Part shown: positions 1 through 7,944 of the stretch, one piece after another
How positions within the stretch are numbered: position 1 is the stretch's first letter
Layout: each line of letters opens with the position of its first letter
Source: a virus
Taxonomy: Duplodnaviria > Caudoviricetes
Virus record (IMG/VR): IMGVR_UViG_3300032086_002841
Coordinates: 1-57,973 of that record
Direction: 5' to 3' (one strand)
Length of the DNA stretch: 57,973 nucleotides
The notes under the pieces: generated by a model
What the model was told of the DNA's origin: nothing
The model's input: the letters and a program-made list of their open reading frames with translations, nothing else
Database searches by the model: none
Translations under genes and position numbers: made by a program

Positions 1-91
1 ACAAAGCCTGAATCAGAAGATCCAATAGATCAACTACAAAGCGATGTGGATGATGAATCTACCTACGAAAGTATAGTAGTAGGAGAGGCAA
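1..91 (+). repeat. Terminal inverted repeat, left copy (91 bp)
   Basis: 1-91 is the exact reverse complement of 57883-57973; the match ends at 92 (G versus A). Confidence 0.95.
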
Positions 92-196
92 GGTCTTTTA
101 GTATACAACAAGGGCTGTGATATTTATTTAACCTTGCCCACTCACTTACATTATGTGACTGAAATTATCAGCGACATAATTATTTTAACACACTAA

Positions 197-1408
197 TTAA
201 AGTAGTGCATCCTCTCTCAAAGAATAACCTTGACGATCACTCCATGTCTTAACCATAGTTAATAAGGTAGTCCATGTAGTGTCAGCACTTGCAAACTTAC
301 GAACTTCTTCGTGATCATTACATCCTCTGATGCAGAAATCTACAAGTTCTTCGCCAATACTATTCCAACAAAGCAAAGCCTTATCAAAATCAAACTGACT
401 CTCTAGAGATACAAATACTCTAAAGGCACTCAATAGTGGCAATAAAATACCATTATTTAGTATGTAAGTTGGATATTCACCACCAAACTGAATTGTTTGG
501 AATTGGTTAGTAGTAGGAGTTTTTCCTCTATATTTAGTCAATGCTAAAGGTTTAACTCCACTTGATAGTAATTTTTGTGCCGTAGGATTGTTATTGATTA
601 TTGTATCAATACTTGCCTGCATTACATCTCTAAGTCTGAGAATATCAGGTAGAGAGGCAGTCATCAGCTTGTATCTGAGATTGTTCTCTTTAAACTCTCT
701 TCTTATGACTTGTGCGTTACCATAAGCCATCTTAGGTATAGCAGGTTCTTTCCAATCAAAGTCGTTAACATTAGGCATCAACGCTTTCATCATTTGGATC
801 ATACCAAGAACAGTTTGAACACCTGTATCATTTTGGTAATAAGACACATACTCTTCTGTATATGGTGTATCTTTCAACACTTTTTTCATAAGGTTGAATT
901 TACCTGCAATATTCATGTGTGAATCTTCATTCACTTCAACATTGTTGTTCAACCCATATACAATTCTTAACTTACTCTCTTTAGTAAGCCCTGTGTAGAT
1001 CGTGACAGGAACTCTTTTAGATTCTGGTAAAGATCCATCTTCAAAGCATTCAACGATTGCTTTCATTAGATGTTGACCATTACCTATACCTTCTAGATCA
1101 CTTGCACGATCAGACATAGTAATTTCTAACATATCATCTTTAACTTTTACAGTATTTGCAAACAAATATATACCATTTGCTGCTAGATGAAACACATCAG
1201 GATTTGCTGTGTCTTCGATTGCCTCTATTAATGACTCATCCGATTTAGGTTTTGTGTCCCTTGGATTTGGATGATTCTTTATTGTTTTCTCTTGTGCTAG
1301 AGAAATTGCGAATACATTCGCTTGATATGTTTTGATAGATCTATCAAAACGATCTGGTGTGGTTTTTACGCCACTCTCTGTACGAACAGAGATTGTATAA
1401 TTAGCCAT
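197..1408 (-). CDS. AIPR-family (ParB/DndB-like superfamily) protein
   Basis: Motifs FHLAANGIYL, GIGNGQH and IVYGLNNNVEV match the AIPR pattern (NNGI...NGxQT...NxQ); AGGAG SD upstream. Confidence 0.65.
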   Translation of the reverse strand: MANYTISVRTESGVKTTPDRFDRSIKTYQANVFAISLAQEKTIKNHPNPRDTKPKSDESLIEAIEDTANPDVFHLAANGIYLFANTVKVKDDMLEITMSDRASDLEGIGNGQHLMKAIVECFEDGSLPESKRVPVTIYTGLTKESKLRIVYGLNNNVEVNEDSHMNIAGKFNLMKKVLKDTPYTEEYVSYYQNDTGVQTVLGMIQMMKALMPNVNDFDWKEPAIPKMAYGNAQVIRREFKENNLRYKLMTASLPDILRLRDVMQASIDTIINNNPTAQKLLSSGVKPLALTKYRGKTPTTNQFQTIQFGGEYPTYILNNGILLPLLSAFRVFVSLESQFDFDKALLCWNSIGEELVDFCIRGCNDHEEVRKFASADTTWTTLLTMVKTWSDRQGYSLREDALL

Positions 1409-1422
1409 GCTAATCTCCTATT

Positions 1423-1476
1423 ATCTTACGGATCCCTTCGGAACCCTACAAACGATACTTTCAGTACCGATAAGAT
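1423..1476 (-). ncRNA. Candidate structured 5' leader (three-way junction) of the AIPR gene
   Basis: AUCUUAU/GUAAGAU closes two hairpins, CGGUACU-gaa-AGUAUCG and GGGUUCC-gaa-GGGAUCC; it lies between a TTGATT-N16-TAAAAT promoter and the SD. Confidence 0.45.
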
Positions 1477-1507
1477 GATTTTAGAATATATTCGTTTTAA
1501 ATCAAGG

Positions 1508-2350
1508 TTATTTAGGAAAAAAATAACTATCGTAATAATGACGATCCATAACATTTAAAAGATAGTCTGCATCATGATCAGATAGATAATCTGTGAAGTC
1601 TTTCCTGGTACCCTTGTCTTTTATATCGTTCTTATATAGATGACATATCAATGGTTCATTTATATTTGGATATAGCAGTTCAAAACCTTTTCTTCTTAGA
1701 TTTACAGTTTGAATAGGCTCTTCTGAAAAGAATATTGATTTTTCGTGTATACCTGAATACTTACCCCATTCATATGTTCCAAAAGCAAAATTAGCACAAA
1801 AAGCTGTTTCTATAAAAAGTTCGTCTGTTTCAGGATATACTGTCATCCATTGAGGATTTAGCCAATCATTTATAAGTTTTTCATGAGTATATCTTTTAAG
1901 CAATAATTTACCCAGATCTACAGGAACTCTGCTGTTCTCTTCATACACATAAGGCGCTGCATAACCTGTCAGGATTGTTTTAGAATTTTGAAACTGTATA
2001 AGCTCTTTAAGTGTAGTGTCCCACGAGAATGGAAACCATGAGTGTGAATCTATTTGCAATACATACTCTTCATTTTCATACATACTATCAACAGTTGCTC
2101 TTGATTTACCAACACCTAACAAATATTGACTAAATTTAGTTGTAATTATTCTAAATTTACACCCATGTTTCTTAAATTCTTCTATATTACTTTGCAGATC
2201 TATGCTACTTTTACTGTCTTTATAATGTAAATATATACCAAAACGAAGGTTTTGTGGTTTGTCTGCCTTTGTTATAGCATCATATATAGTAGGTACTAGT
2301 TCCGTATCATCTAAGGAACATATTTTTATAAAAATACTAGCAGGATCCAC
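1508..2350 (-). CDS. GT60-type polypeptide GlcNAc transferase (Skp1 Gnt1-like, PF11397-like)
   Basis: SIFIKICSLDDTELVPTI, LRFGI, SRA, YVLQIDSH..F...WD..L and ANFAF motifs. Start moved to GTG 2350 because small ORFs occupy 2337-2541. Confidence 0.75.
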   Translation of the reverse strand: MDPASIFIKICSLDDTELVPTIYDAITKADKPQNLRFGIYLHYKDSKSSIDLQSNIEEFKKHGCKFRIITTKFSQYLLGVGKSRATVDSMYENEEYVLQIDSHSWFPFSWDTTLKELIQFQNSKTILTGYAAPYVYEENSRVPVDLGKLLLKRYTHEKLINDWLNPQWMTVYPETDELFIETAFCANFAFGTYEWGKYSGIHEKSIFFSEEPIQTVNLRRKGFELLYPNINEPLICHLYKNDIKDKGTRKDFTDYLSDHDADYLLNVMDRHYYDSYFFPK

Positions 2351-2474
2351 CTTCACAACACGCCACCACTTTCTGATTAAAACCTGGACACCTATAATTA
2401 TAGCAATATAATCCTGCATGTCTTTCGAAAAGTGTATGATTACATATTGGACATACAGGATCACTCTTTGCCAT
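2337..2474 (-). CDS. 45-aa Cys-rich zinc-finger-like protein
   Basis: Hand-translated MAKSDPVCPICNHTLFERHAGLYCYNYRCPGFNQKVVACCEGGSC; packed against its neighbours. Confidence 0.65.
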   Translation of the reverse strand: MAKSDPVCPICNHTLFERHAGLYCYNYRCPGFNQKVVACCEGGSC

Positions 2475-2541
2475 TGGCAAAACCCCACCAAAATAAACAA
2501 TTAATAAGAATTATTCCTGTAAATAAATAGAAGATATCCAT
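2461..2541 (-). CDS. 26-aa hydrophobic peptide
   Basis: MDIFYLFTGIILINCLFWWGFANGKE; TAATG overlap with the upstream ORF, GAGG SD. Confidence 0.5.
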   Translation of the reverse strand: MDIFYLFTGIILINCLFWWGFANGKE

Positions 2542-2693
2542 TATTCCTCTTCTTGTACAGGATTGTCTAAAAACACCACTTTAATTGACATTTGACAATT
2601 AGTTGGTGATTGATCACACATCCACTTATTTTGTTGTATATGTTTGAGTGGCGTATTGCACTCAATACATCTATTGATTCTTTTTCTGCTCAT
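2541..2693 (-). CDS. 50-aa zinc-ribbon-like protein
   Basis: MSRKRINRCIECNTPLKHIQQNKWMCDQSPTNC...; AGGAG SD. Confidence 0.6.
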   Translation of the reverse strand: MSRKRINRCIECNTPLKHIQQNKWMCDQSPTNCQMSIKVVFLDNPVQEEE

Positions 2694-2814
2694 ATAAAAT
2701 CTCCTGTACTACTTCTCCAAAATATTTAAAAAATCTTGTACTCATTACTGCTATCCATGTTAAAAGACCGATAGATGTAAGAGATATTGTTAAAACTAAT
2801 ATTATTTCTGTCAT
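2671..2814 (-). CDS. 47-aa single-pass membrane protein
   Basis: MTEIILVLTISLTSIGLLTWIAVMSTRFF...; GGGAG SD. Confidence 0.55.
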   Translation of the reverse strand: MTEIILVLTISLTSIGLLTWIAVMSTRFFKYFGEVVQEILYEQKKNQ

Positions 2815-2837
2815 TAGAACTCCCTTCTGGGACTAAT

Positions 2838-3032
2838 TTACATAACTGCTTGAACTAGAACTACTAAAGCAGATACAGCTACTAGCCATCCACTTAATTC
2901 AGCTCTAGATATTTTTGAATTTACTTTCTCGTGTAATTGATCGATTCTATCGTTGATTCTTTCCTGCCCATCTAATACAAGCATAATTAATTCCTTCTGT
3001 GTAAGACCATTAGGACTTTTATGCTCACTCAT
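2838..3032 (-). CDS. Small coiled-coil protein with C-terminal TM helix
   Basis: Heptad segment ERINDRIDQLHEKVN followed by a hydrophobic C-terminus. Confidence 0.6.
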   Translation of the reverse strand: MSEHKSPNGLTQKELIMLVLDGQERINDRIDQLHEKVNSKISRAELSGWLVAVSALVVLVQAVM

Positions 3033-3290
3033 TTAAAACTCTTCTTTTTTGCCACCAAAGGCTTCATTTATTTCTTCTATTGTTAGTTTACCATCATCTA
3101 AAAATCCACGAGCTAATGCTTCTGTGACTTTGGCGACACCCAAAGATCCGGCTAGAAGCACAGAGCTAAGGGTGTCAATACCTATAATTGATCCGGCACC
3201 TATGATAGCTAGTCCATTTGCAACGAACACAGCCACCATACGAGCCAAAACCATTTTGACTTTTTCTAATTTAGTCAAACCATTAGGCAT
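3033..3290 (-). CDS. Membrane protein (holin-like)
   Basis: Two hydrophobic helices and a DDGKLTIEEINEAF tail. Confidence 0.6.
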   Translation of the reverse strand: MPNGLTKLEKVKMVLARMVAVFVANGLAIIGAGSIIGIDTLSSVLLAGSLGVAKVTEALARGFLDDGKLTIEEINEAFGGKKEEF

Positions 3291-3331
3291 TAATTACCTC
3301 CACACCCACAGTTAGATCCACAACATTCCAT
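3290..3331 (-). CDS. 13-aa Cys/Gly micropeptide MECCGSNCGCGGN
   Basis: Fills the gap between two genes; starts 2 nt after the upstream stop and overlaps the downstream gene by TAATG; paralog at 19531-19605. Confidence 0.55.
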   Translation of the reverse strand: MECCGSNCGCGGN

Positions 3332-3333
3332 TG

Positions 3334-3657
3334 TTAATCTCTCAATCTGATAGTCACTAACCATATAACTATAGATACGACTATCGCTATACCTACAATA
3401 TCTTGTGCGCTACCTGTAAGCGTAAACCATGCGATGAAAAAACCAAGCAAAGTAAACACCTGCGCAATAGACTCCTTTATTGCATCGATAGACCATTTAC
3501 TTAATACTTTTAAAATAGAAGGAATCTTTTTAATAAACCTAATAAATTGTCTATAAGACCATTTGAGGGATATTAAAGAACCCTTTACTGCTTTTAGCAT
3601 AAAGTAATATGGCATACCCAATACATCGTAAAAAAACTTAAAAACTTTTTTGATCAT
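3334..3657 (-). CDS. Membrane protein
   Basis: Basic amphipathic N-terminus and two C-terminal TM segments. Confidence 0.65.
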   Translation of the reverse strand: MIKKVFKFFYDVLGMPYYFMLKAVKGSLISLKWSYRQFIRFIKKIPSILKVLSKWSIDAIKESIAQVFTLLGFFIAWFTLTGSAQDIVGIAIVVSIVIWLVTIRLRD

Positions 3658-6443
3658 TAAAATCTCCTAATCAAAGCACCTGCTTGCGCAATTATCTGCG
3701 AAGCAATAATGACAGGAACGACCACTTCTTGTGCTTTCTCTTTTTGGTCGCTAGTCATATCAGCGCCCAACTCCCCCAGATCCATCTCTCTTATGTCTAT
3801 ATTAACAGACACAAGTTCACCTAATGGATTTTCCAAGAACGCCTCTACTTGGACTTCTGTAACAACATCAGCTAATGTATAGTTTTCAACATCTTTGTTT
3901 GCTATAGCTCTATCAACATATTCGTTAACTGCTTCTTGTATATTTACTTCTTTTGCAGCTGATTCAGCAATTTTTTCTACATCCTCAGCAGCAGTTTCCT
4001 GATCTGTAAATCCAAGAACTTTACCAACTTCTTTCTTTTCCTCAGTAGACAACTGAGCTACAGTTTCAACTTTGGTAACTTCCTGGACAACAGCTTTAAC
4101 AACAGCTTTAGTTTCTTTGCTTGCGTTACCTAAGTTCTGAACATTTGCTTTAGCTACCTCTTTGACAACCTCTACTTTTTTCTCAGTAGGTAGTTCTTTA
4201 ACGACTTCAGCAACTTTGGCTTCATAAACTTCTTGAGCTTTTTCTTCGGCTGCAACAACTTCTTCTTCAGATAAACCTTCAGTTTCAACAGGTTCTTCTT
4301 CTACTATTTCAATAACAACTATTTCTTTAACTGCATTTTCTGTTTCTTCGACAATAACAGCTACTTCTTCGTCTGTGAGTTGTACCTCTGGATCTCCCTC
4401 CTCACTAGGTAGTGAGTCAATCTCCACTTCGTCAAGTTCGGTTTCTTCATCAGCAAAATCTTCTTTAATTGGGATCGTTGTTGTAGTAGTAGTCGTGGTA
4501 CTAGGAGTAACAATAACAATTTCTTCCAACTCAAATACTTCTTCTTCATATTCAATAACCTCTAATGTGTCTTTTAATTCTATTATAGTATTTACTAAGT
4601 CGTCTAATGATTTTTGTTCCTCATCAGTTAAATCTTCTCCATCATCAGTTGTGTTGAAATCTGTAAGTGAATCTTGAATTTCTTTCTGAATACGAGCTTG
4701 TTCTTCTTCAAGTTCTTTCTGAATACGAGCTTCTTCTGCTAAACGAAGTCTTTCCTCCTCTTCTAAACGAAGACGCTCTTCTTCTTCAGCTTTTTCTTGA
4801 GCAATACGCTCTTCCTCGGCTATGCGCTCTTCTTCAGCAATACGGGCTAACTCAGCTTCATAAGCCTCTTGAGCTTTACGATCTTCTTCTTCTTGAGCCA
4901 AACGCTCTTGTTCAGCTTCATAAGCTAATTGAGCTTCGTATTCTTTTTGCTTTCTATCTGCTTCGGCTTGTGCGTCAGCGTCATCTTGTGCTTTTTGATT
5001 AAATACTGTTAGTGTCGGTTCAGTACTGTAGCCACTATAAACATTGTTAGTAGAAGAAAAGGCTCGAATGCTAAAAGTATATTCTCCATTAGGAATGCTT
5101 GCATAAGGTATAGTGTACTCTGTTTCTGAAATGTTATAGACAACTGTTTCGTTCTCAGCACTTGTTCTAAAGTAAAGCTCATAAGTATCAGCAGTTTGAT
5201 TACCTGTATTAGGTGCGTCCCAATCTACAACTACACCAACATTATAAGTTTGTGATACTACAGGATTCATAGGTGGTCCAAGAGTTGCTACCCATTGTGT
5301 TGTTTGAAAATTATTACTATCACTATCAGTACAAGATTCTCCATTATCTAAATCTCCACACACACTAAACACCCAATAAAATGTACCTGTTTGTATATTC
5401 GATTTATCTAGATCGTATTCTCTTAATGCTGTATCAGTAATAATTACTCTTGTCCAAGTTAAATTGTCATAACTGTAATTTATATGAAAAGAGTGTGCGT
5501 CTACACTACCATCTGTGTATTCCCAGCTAAACATTACATCTTCGCCACTATAGTTTACTGATACACTTGTAGCGTCATCTGGTGTAGGTGGAGGTGGGAC
5601 TGTATAGCTAGCTACATTAGACCAATTAGAATATCTAGCACTTGTATCGTTATCAGACCTTATCTTTACATAAAGAGTACTACCTACTCCCCAATCAGTA
5701 AAAACTGCTGATAAATAAGTTTGTGTAAAGGTATATGATGTATTTAAAGCGTTACTATCGCCAACATTACCTGTTGCAACTGCATAGTTAGTACCCACAA
5801 AGTTGTCATCACTAAAAGCTATCGCATATCTCTCTGGATCATATTCATAGTTTATATTTGGTGCAGTCCAACTTATGGCTACATCTCCAGAAGAATTTGT
5901 AGCTGTTGTATTAGTCGGATCACCTATGCCATCAAGTATCTTAGGATCATCACAAGCGTCTGTTCCTGTAGGTGCAGACCAATCTGTTTGATTAAATTCA
6001 AAAGGAGGACCTGCATAAAGATTCCAAGACTTTTCAGTAGAAAGTTCAGAAAAACTGTAATCAGTTATGTTATTTGCTCTAACTCTATAATAAATATTAT
6101 TTCCAGCAGGATCATTAAAGTAATACTTTAAATTATCAAGACTAAATGCGTAATACTGCCAAGTATTATCTTGATGTCCAAAAGAGGTAGTAACACAAAA
6201 GCTATTTGTTTCTGTTATACCACTACTTGTACTAAAAAAGATTGTATAGCTTTCTGGTGGACTAGCTTCTGCACCATCAGAACCTAGTATACCAATAGTA
6301 AATGTACCTGCGTTAACATCATTACTAGCATTAGTATCATAAGGTGTTTGTGTATCGACATGATAAGCCATAGCAATAGGAAATGGATATACAAGCAGAA
6401 AGACTATTAATATACGAGCTAAGGTATTGAATTTACGAAGCAT
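3657..6443 (-). CDS. Large exported protein: signal peptide, fibronectin-III-like repeats, TolA-like coiled coil, acidic linker, C-terminal hydrophobic anchor
   Basis: N-terminal hydrophobic leader; ISWTAP/VDWDAP and Y.FSIRA FN3 motifs; EEERIA repeats; VVVPVIIASQII C-terminus. Confidence 0.7.
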   Translation of the reverse strand: MLRKFNTLARILIVFLLVYPFPIAMAYHVDTQTPYDTNASNDVNAGTFTIGILGSDGAEASPPESYTIFFSTSSGITETNSFCVTTSFGHQDNTWQYYAFSLDNLKYYFNDPAGNNIYYRVRANNITDYSFSELSTEKSWNLYAGPPFEFNQTDWSAPTGTDACDDPKILDGIGDPTNTTATNSSGDVAISWTAPNINYEYDPERYAIAFSDDNFVGTNYAVATGNVGDSNALNTSYTFTQTYLSAVFTDWGVGSTLYVKIRSDNDTSARYSNWSNVASYTVPPPPTPDDATSVSVNYSGEDVMFSWEYTDGSVDAHSFHINYSYDNLTWTRVIITDTALREYDLDKSNIQTGTFYWVFSVCGDLDNGESCTDSDSNNFQTTQWVATLGPPMNPVVSQTYNVGVVVDWDAPNTGNQTADTYELYFRTSAENETVVYNISETEYTIPYASIPNGEYTFSIRAFSSTNNVYSGYSTEPTLTVFNQKAQDDADAQAEADRKQKEYEAQLAYEAEQERLAQEEEDRKAQEAYEAELARIAEEERIAEEERIAQEKAEEEERLRLEEEERLRLAEEARIQKELEEEQARIQKEIQDSLTDFNTTDDGEDLTDEEQKSLDDLVNTIIELKDTLEVIEYEEEVFELEEIVIVTPSTTTTTTTTIPIKEDFADEETELDEVEIDSLPSEEGDPEVQLTDEEVAVIVEETENAVKEIVVIEIVEEEPVETEGLSEEEVVAAEEKAQEVYEAKVAEVVKELPTEKKVEVVKEVAKANVQNLGNASKETKAVVKAVVQEVTKVETVAQLSTEEKKEVGKVLGFTDQETAAEDVEKIAESAAKEVNIQEAVNEYVDRAIANKDVENYTLADVVTEVQVEAFLENPLGELVSVNIDIREMDLGELGADMTSDQKEKAQEVVVPVIIASQIIAQAGALIRRF

Positions 6444-6457
6444 TCTCTCATTACTTC

Positions 6458-6796
6458 CTACCTCTTCCCACCATCATATTCTACGGCATGACCTTTAGAA
6501 ACCATCTCTTTATTTATGTTTATTTCTTCGATATATAGCTCACCAAGTATACGACCATACTTTCCAGATCCATATGACTTCATTTCTACATCTTGATCTT
6601 CTAATCGATCAATAAGCCACTTTTTCGCAGCCAACCCTCGTTTTTTCTCTTCAAGATCTCTTGTTCGTGATTCTGGCGCATTAATGCCCACGAGTCGTAC
6701 ACGACATTTATGCCACACATTAAAACCCAAATCAATTCTAACATCTACTGTATCTCCATCTACTACTCTTAATACTTCTATTTTATAATAATACAT
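6458..6796 (-). CDS. Thermonuclease (SNase-like)
   Basis: RVVDGDTV, RVRLVGINAPE and GKYGRILG motifs. Confidence 0.9.
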   Translation of the reverse strand: MYYYKIEVLRVVDGDTVDVRIDLGFNVWHKCRVRLVGINAPESRTRDLEEKKRGLAAKKWLIDRLEDQDVEMKSYGSGKYGRILGELYIEEININKEMVSKGHAVEYDGGKR

Positions 6797-6814
6797 TTTA
6801 CCTCATGAATGATA

Positions 6815-6834
6815 GAGGGGGCGTAAACCCCCTC
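6815..6834. terminator. Intergenic hairpin after the holin
   Basis: GAGGGGG-cgtaaa-CCCCCTC. Confidence 0.5.
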
Positions 6835-6873
6835 AATCTTTATTGCGCACCAATTATTTCGTTTCCGAAATAC

Positions 6874-7098
6874 TTATCCCTTAGGAATGTTAGACATAAA
6901 TTTGAAAGGTGCCTCTTCTAATACATTTTGTAATGCTGAAAAGAATGCTGCACCTGCTGCTACTACTGCGCCTTCCATGACTGACATATCTAGCCAACCA
7001 CTTTGTGCTGCAACTATAACACCAAAGCCTGCTTGCAAACCTGTTCTAACTGCTCTTACTAAGGACACTTTAAAAGCGTCTGTTAATAACCATTCCAT
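6874..7098 (-). CDS. Holin (r1t-like)
   Basis: RAVRTGLQA motif, two TM helices, AGGAG SD, directly after the lysin candidate. Confidence 0.7.
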   Translation of the reverse strand: MEWLLTDAFKVSLVRAVRTGLQAGFGVIVAAQSGWLDMSVMEGAVVAAGAAFFSALQNVLEEAPFKFMSNIPKG

Positions 7099-7108
7099 TG
7101 AAAATCTC

Positions 7109-7903
7109 CTAACTTTCTTTTGCAAAAGAAATGTCCCAGGTCTTTTTACCTAAAACACCATCTTGTTGTAGCCCAAACTCTTCTTGAAGTTCGAGTACCT
7201 TTTTCCTTGATCCATTTCCATACCAACCATCAGGACTTAAACCAACAGCTATTTGCCATGCTTTTAGTTCTTCTGATTTCATCATAGGTACTTGTACCTT
7301 GAAGTATGTATTAGGCCATTGAGGAAAATCTTTTGAAAAATCGTATACTTCTGTTTCTTTTTTTTCTTCTACAGGGCTTTTTGAATATACAGGATCAGAT
7401 CCTGAAATAGTTTTAAAATCTTGCCCTTCTATGTAATCAAAATCAATATATTTTACTATTACTTTTTCACCTGATAAGATAGCATCTCTCACAATCGGAT
7501 AGACATCGGTGTACGCATCACGACTTGAGCCGACAAATCCGTCAGGTTTCACTTTATTGCTAGTTTGTGAATTTCCTAAAATTAGACAGCCGCTAGTGCT
7601 TGAATCGTCATTTCCTGTGTGCCAAAGGATCCACTCGAAATTAGGCACATCATTAACATAAATCATTCCTTTATGCCAATCAGCACCATACCTTTGTAGG
7701 TAGCGTGAGTGAAAACCACCTTCAGTACGAAGTGTTAGTTCATAAATACCGGCAGGTATTCTTGTTTCATGTTTTACTTTGACATCTCTAAATTCATCTT
7801 CGACTGTATAGCAAAGAAATTTTCGTTTATTATCTGTAGTATCAAAAAGCAAACCACTTGTAGAATCTGCTTCAGAACTGAATCGGATTACCTCTAATAT
7901 CAT
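7109..7903 (-). CDS. DUF5675 domain + C-terminal peptidoglycan-binding domain (endolysin candidate)
   Basis: FLCYTVED, TRIPAGIYEL and HTGN....TSGCLILG; C-terminal GLSPDGWYG and GLQQDGVLGKKTW PG-binding repeats. Confidence 0.75.
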   Translation of the reverse strand: MILEVIRFSSEADSTSGLLFDTTDNKRKFLCYTVEDEFRDVKVKHETRIPAGIYELTLRTEGGFHSRYLQRYGADWHKGMIYVNDVPNFEWILWHTGNDDSSTSGCLILGNSQTSNKVKPDGFVGSSRDAYTDVYPIVRDAILSGEKVIVKYIDFDYIEGQDFKTISGSDPVYSKSPVEEKKETEVYDFSKDFPQWPNTYFKVQVPMMKSEELKAWQIAVGLSPDGWYGNGSRKKVLELQEEFGLQQDGVLGKKTWDISFAKES

Positions 7904-7912
7904 ATCTAGACC

Positions 7913-7942
7913 ATTTTAGATGAGTAGTATCTTGTTTTAGGT
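7913..7942 (-). promoter_or_regulatory. Promoter CCTAAA-N17-TAAAAT
   Basis: One of five intergenic copies of CCTWAA-N17-TANNNT with identical spacing. Confidence 0.55.
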
Positions 7943-7944
7943 AT

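Noticed and set aside
1423-1476. Hammerhead ribozyme
   Set aside because: It is a three-way junction, but it lacks the unpaired CUGAnGA and GAAA core; the CUGAAAG here forms a hairpin.
2351-2500. N-terminal extension of the glycosyltransferase as given in the ORF track (likewise the upstream starts at 7125, 9228, 18601, 20461 and 48451)
   Set aside because: These extensions overlap better-supported neighbouring genes or promoters; the downstream starts have SD sites, stop-start coupling or leaderless promoters.
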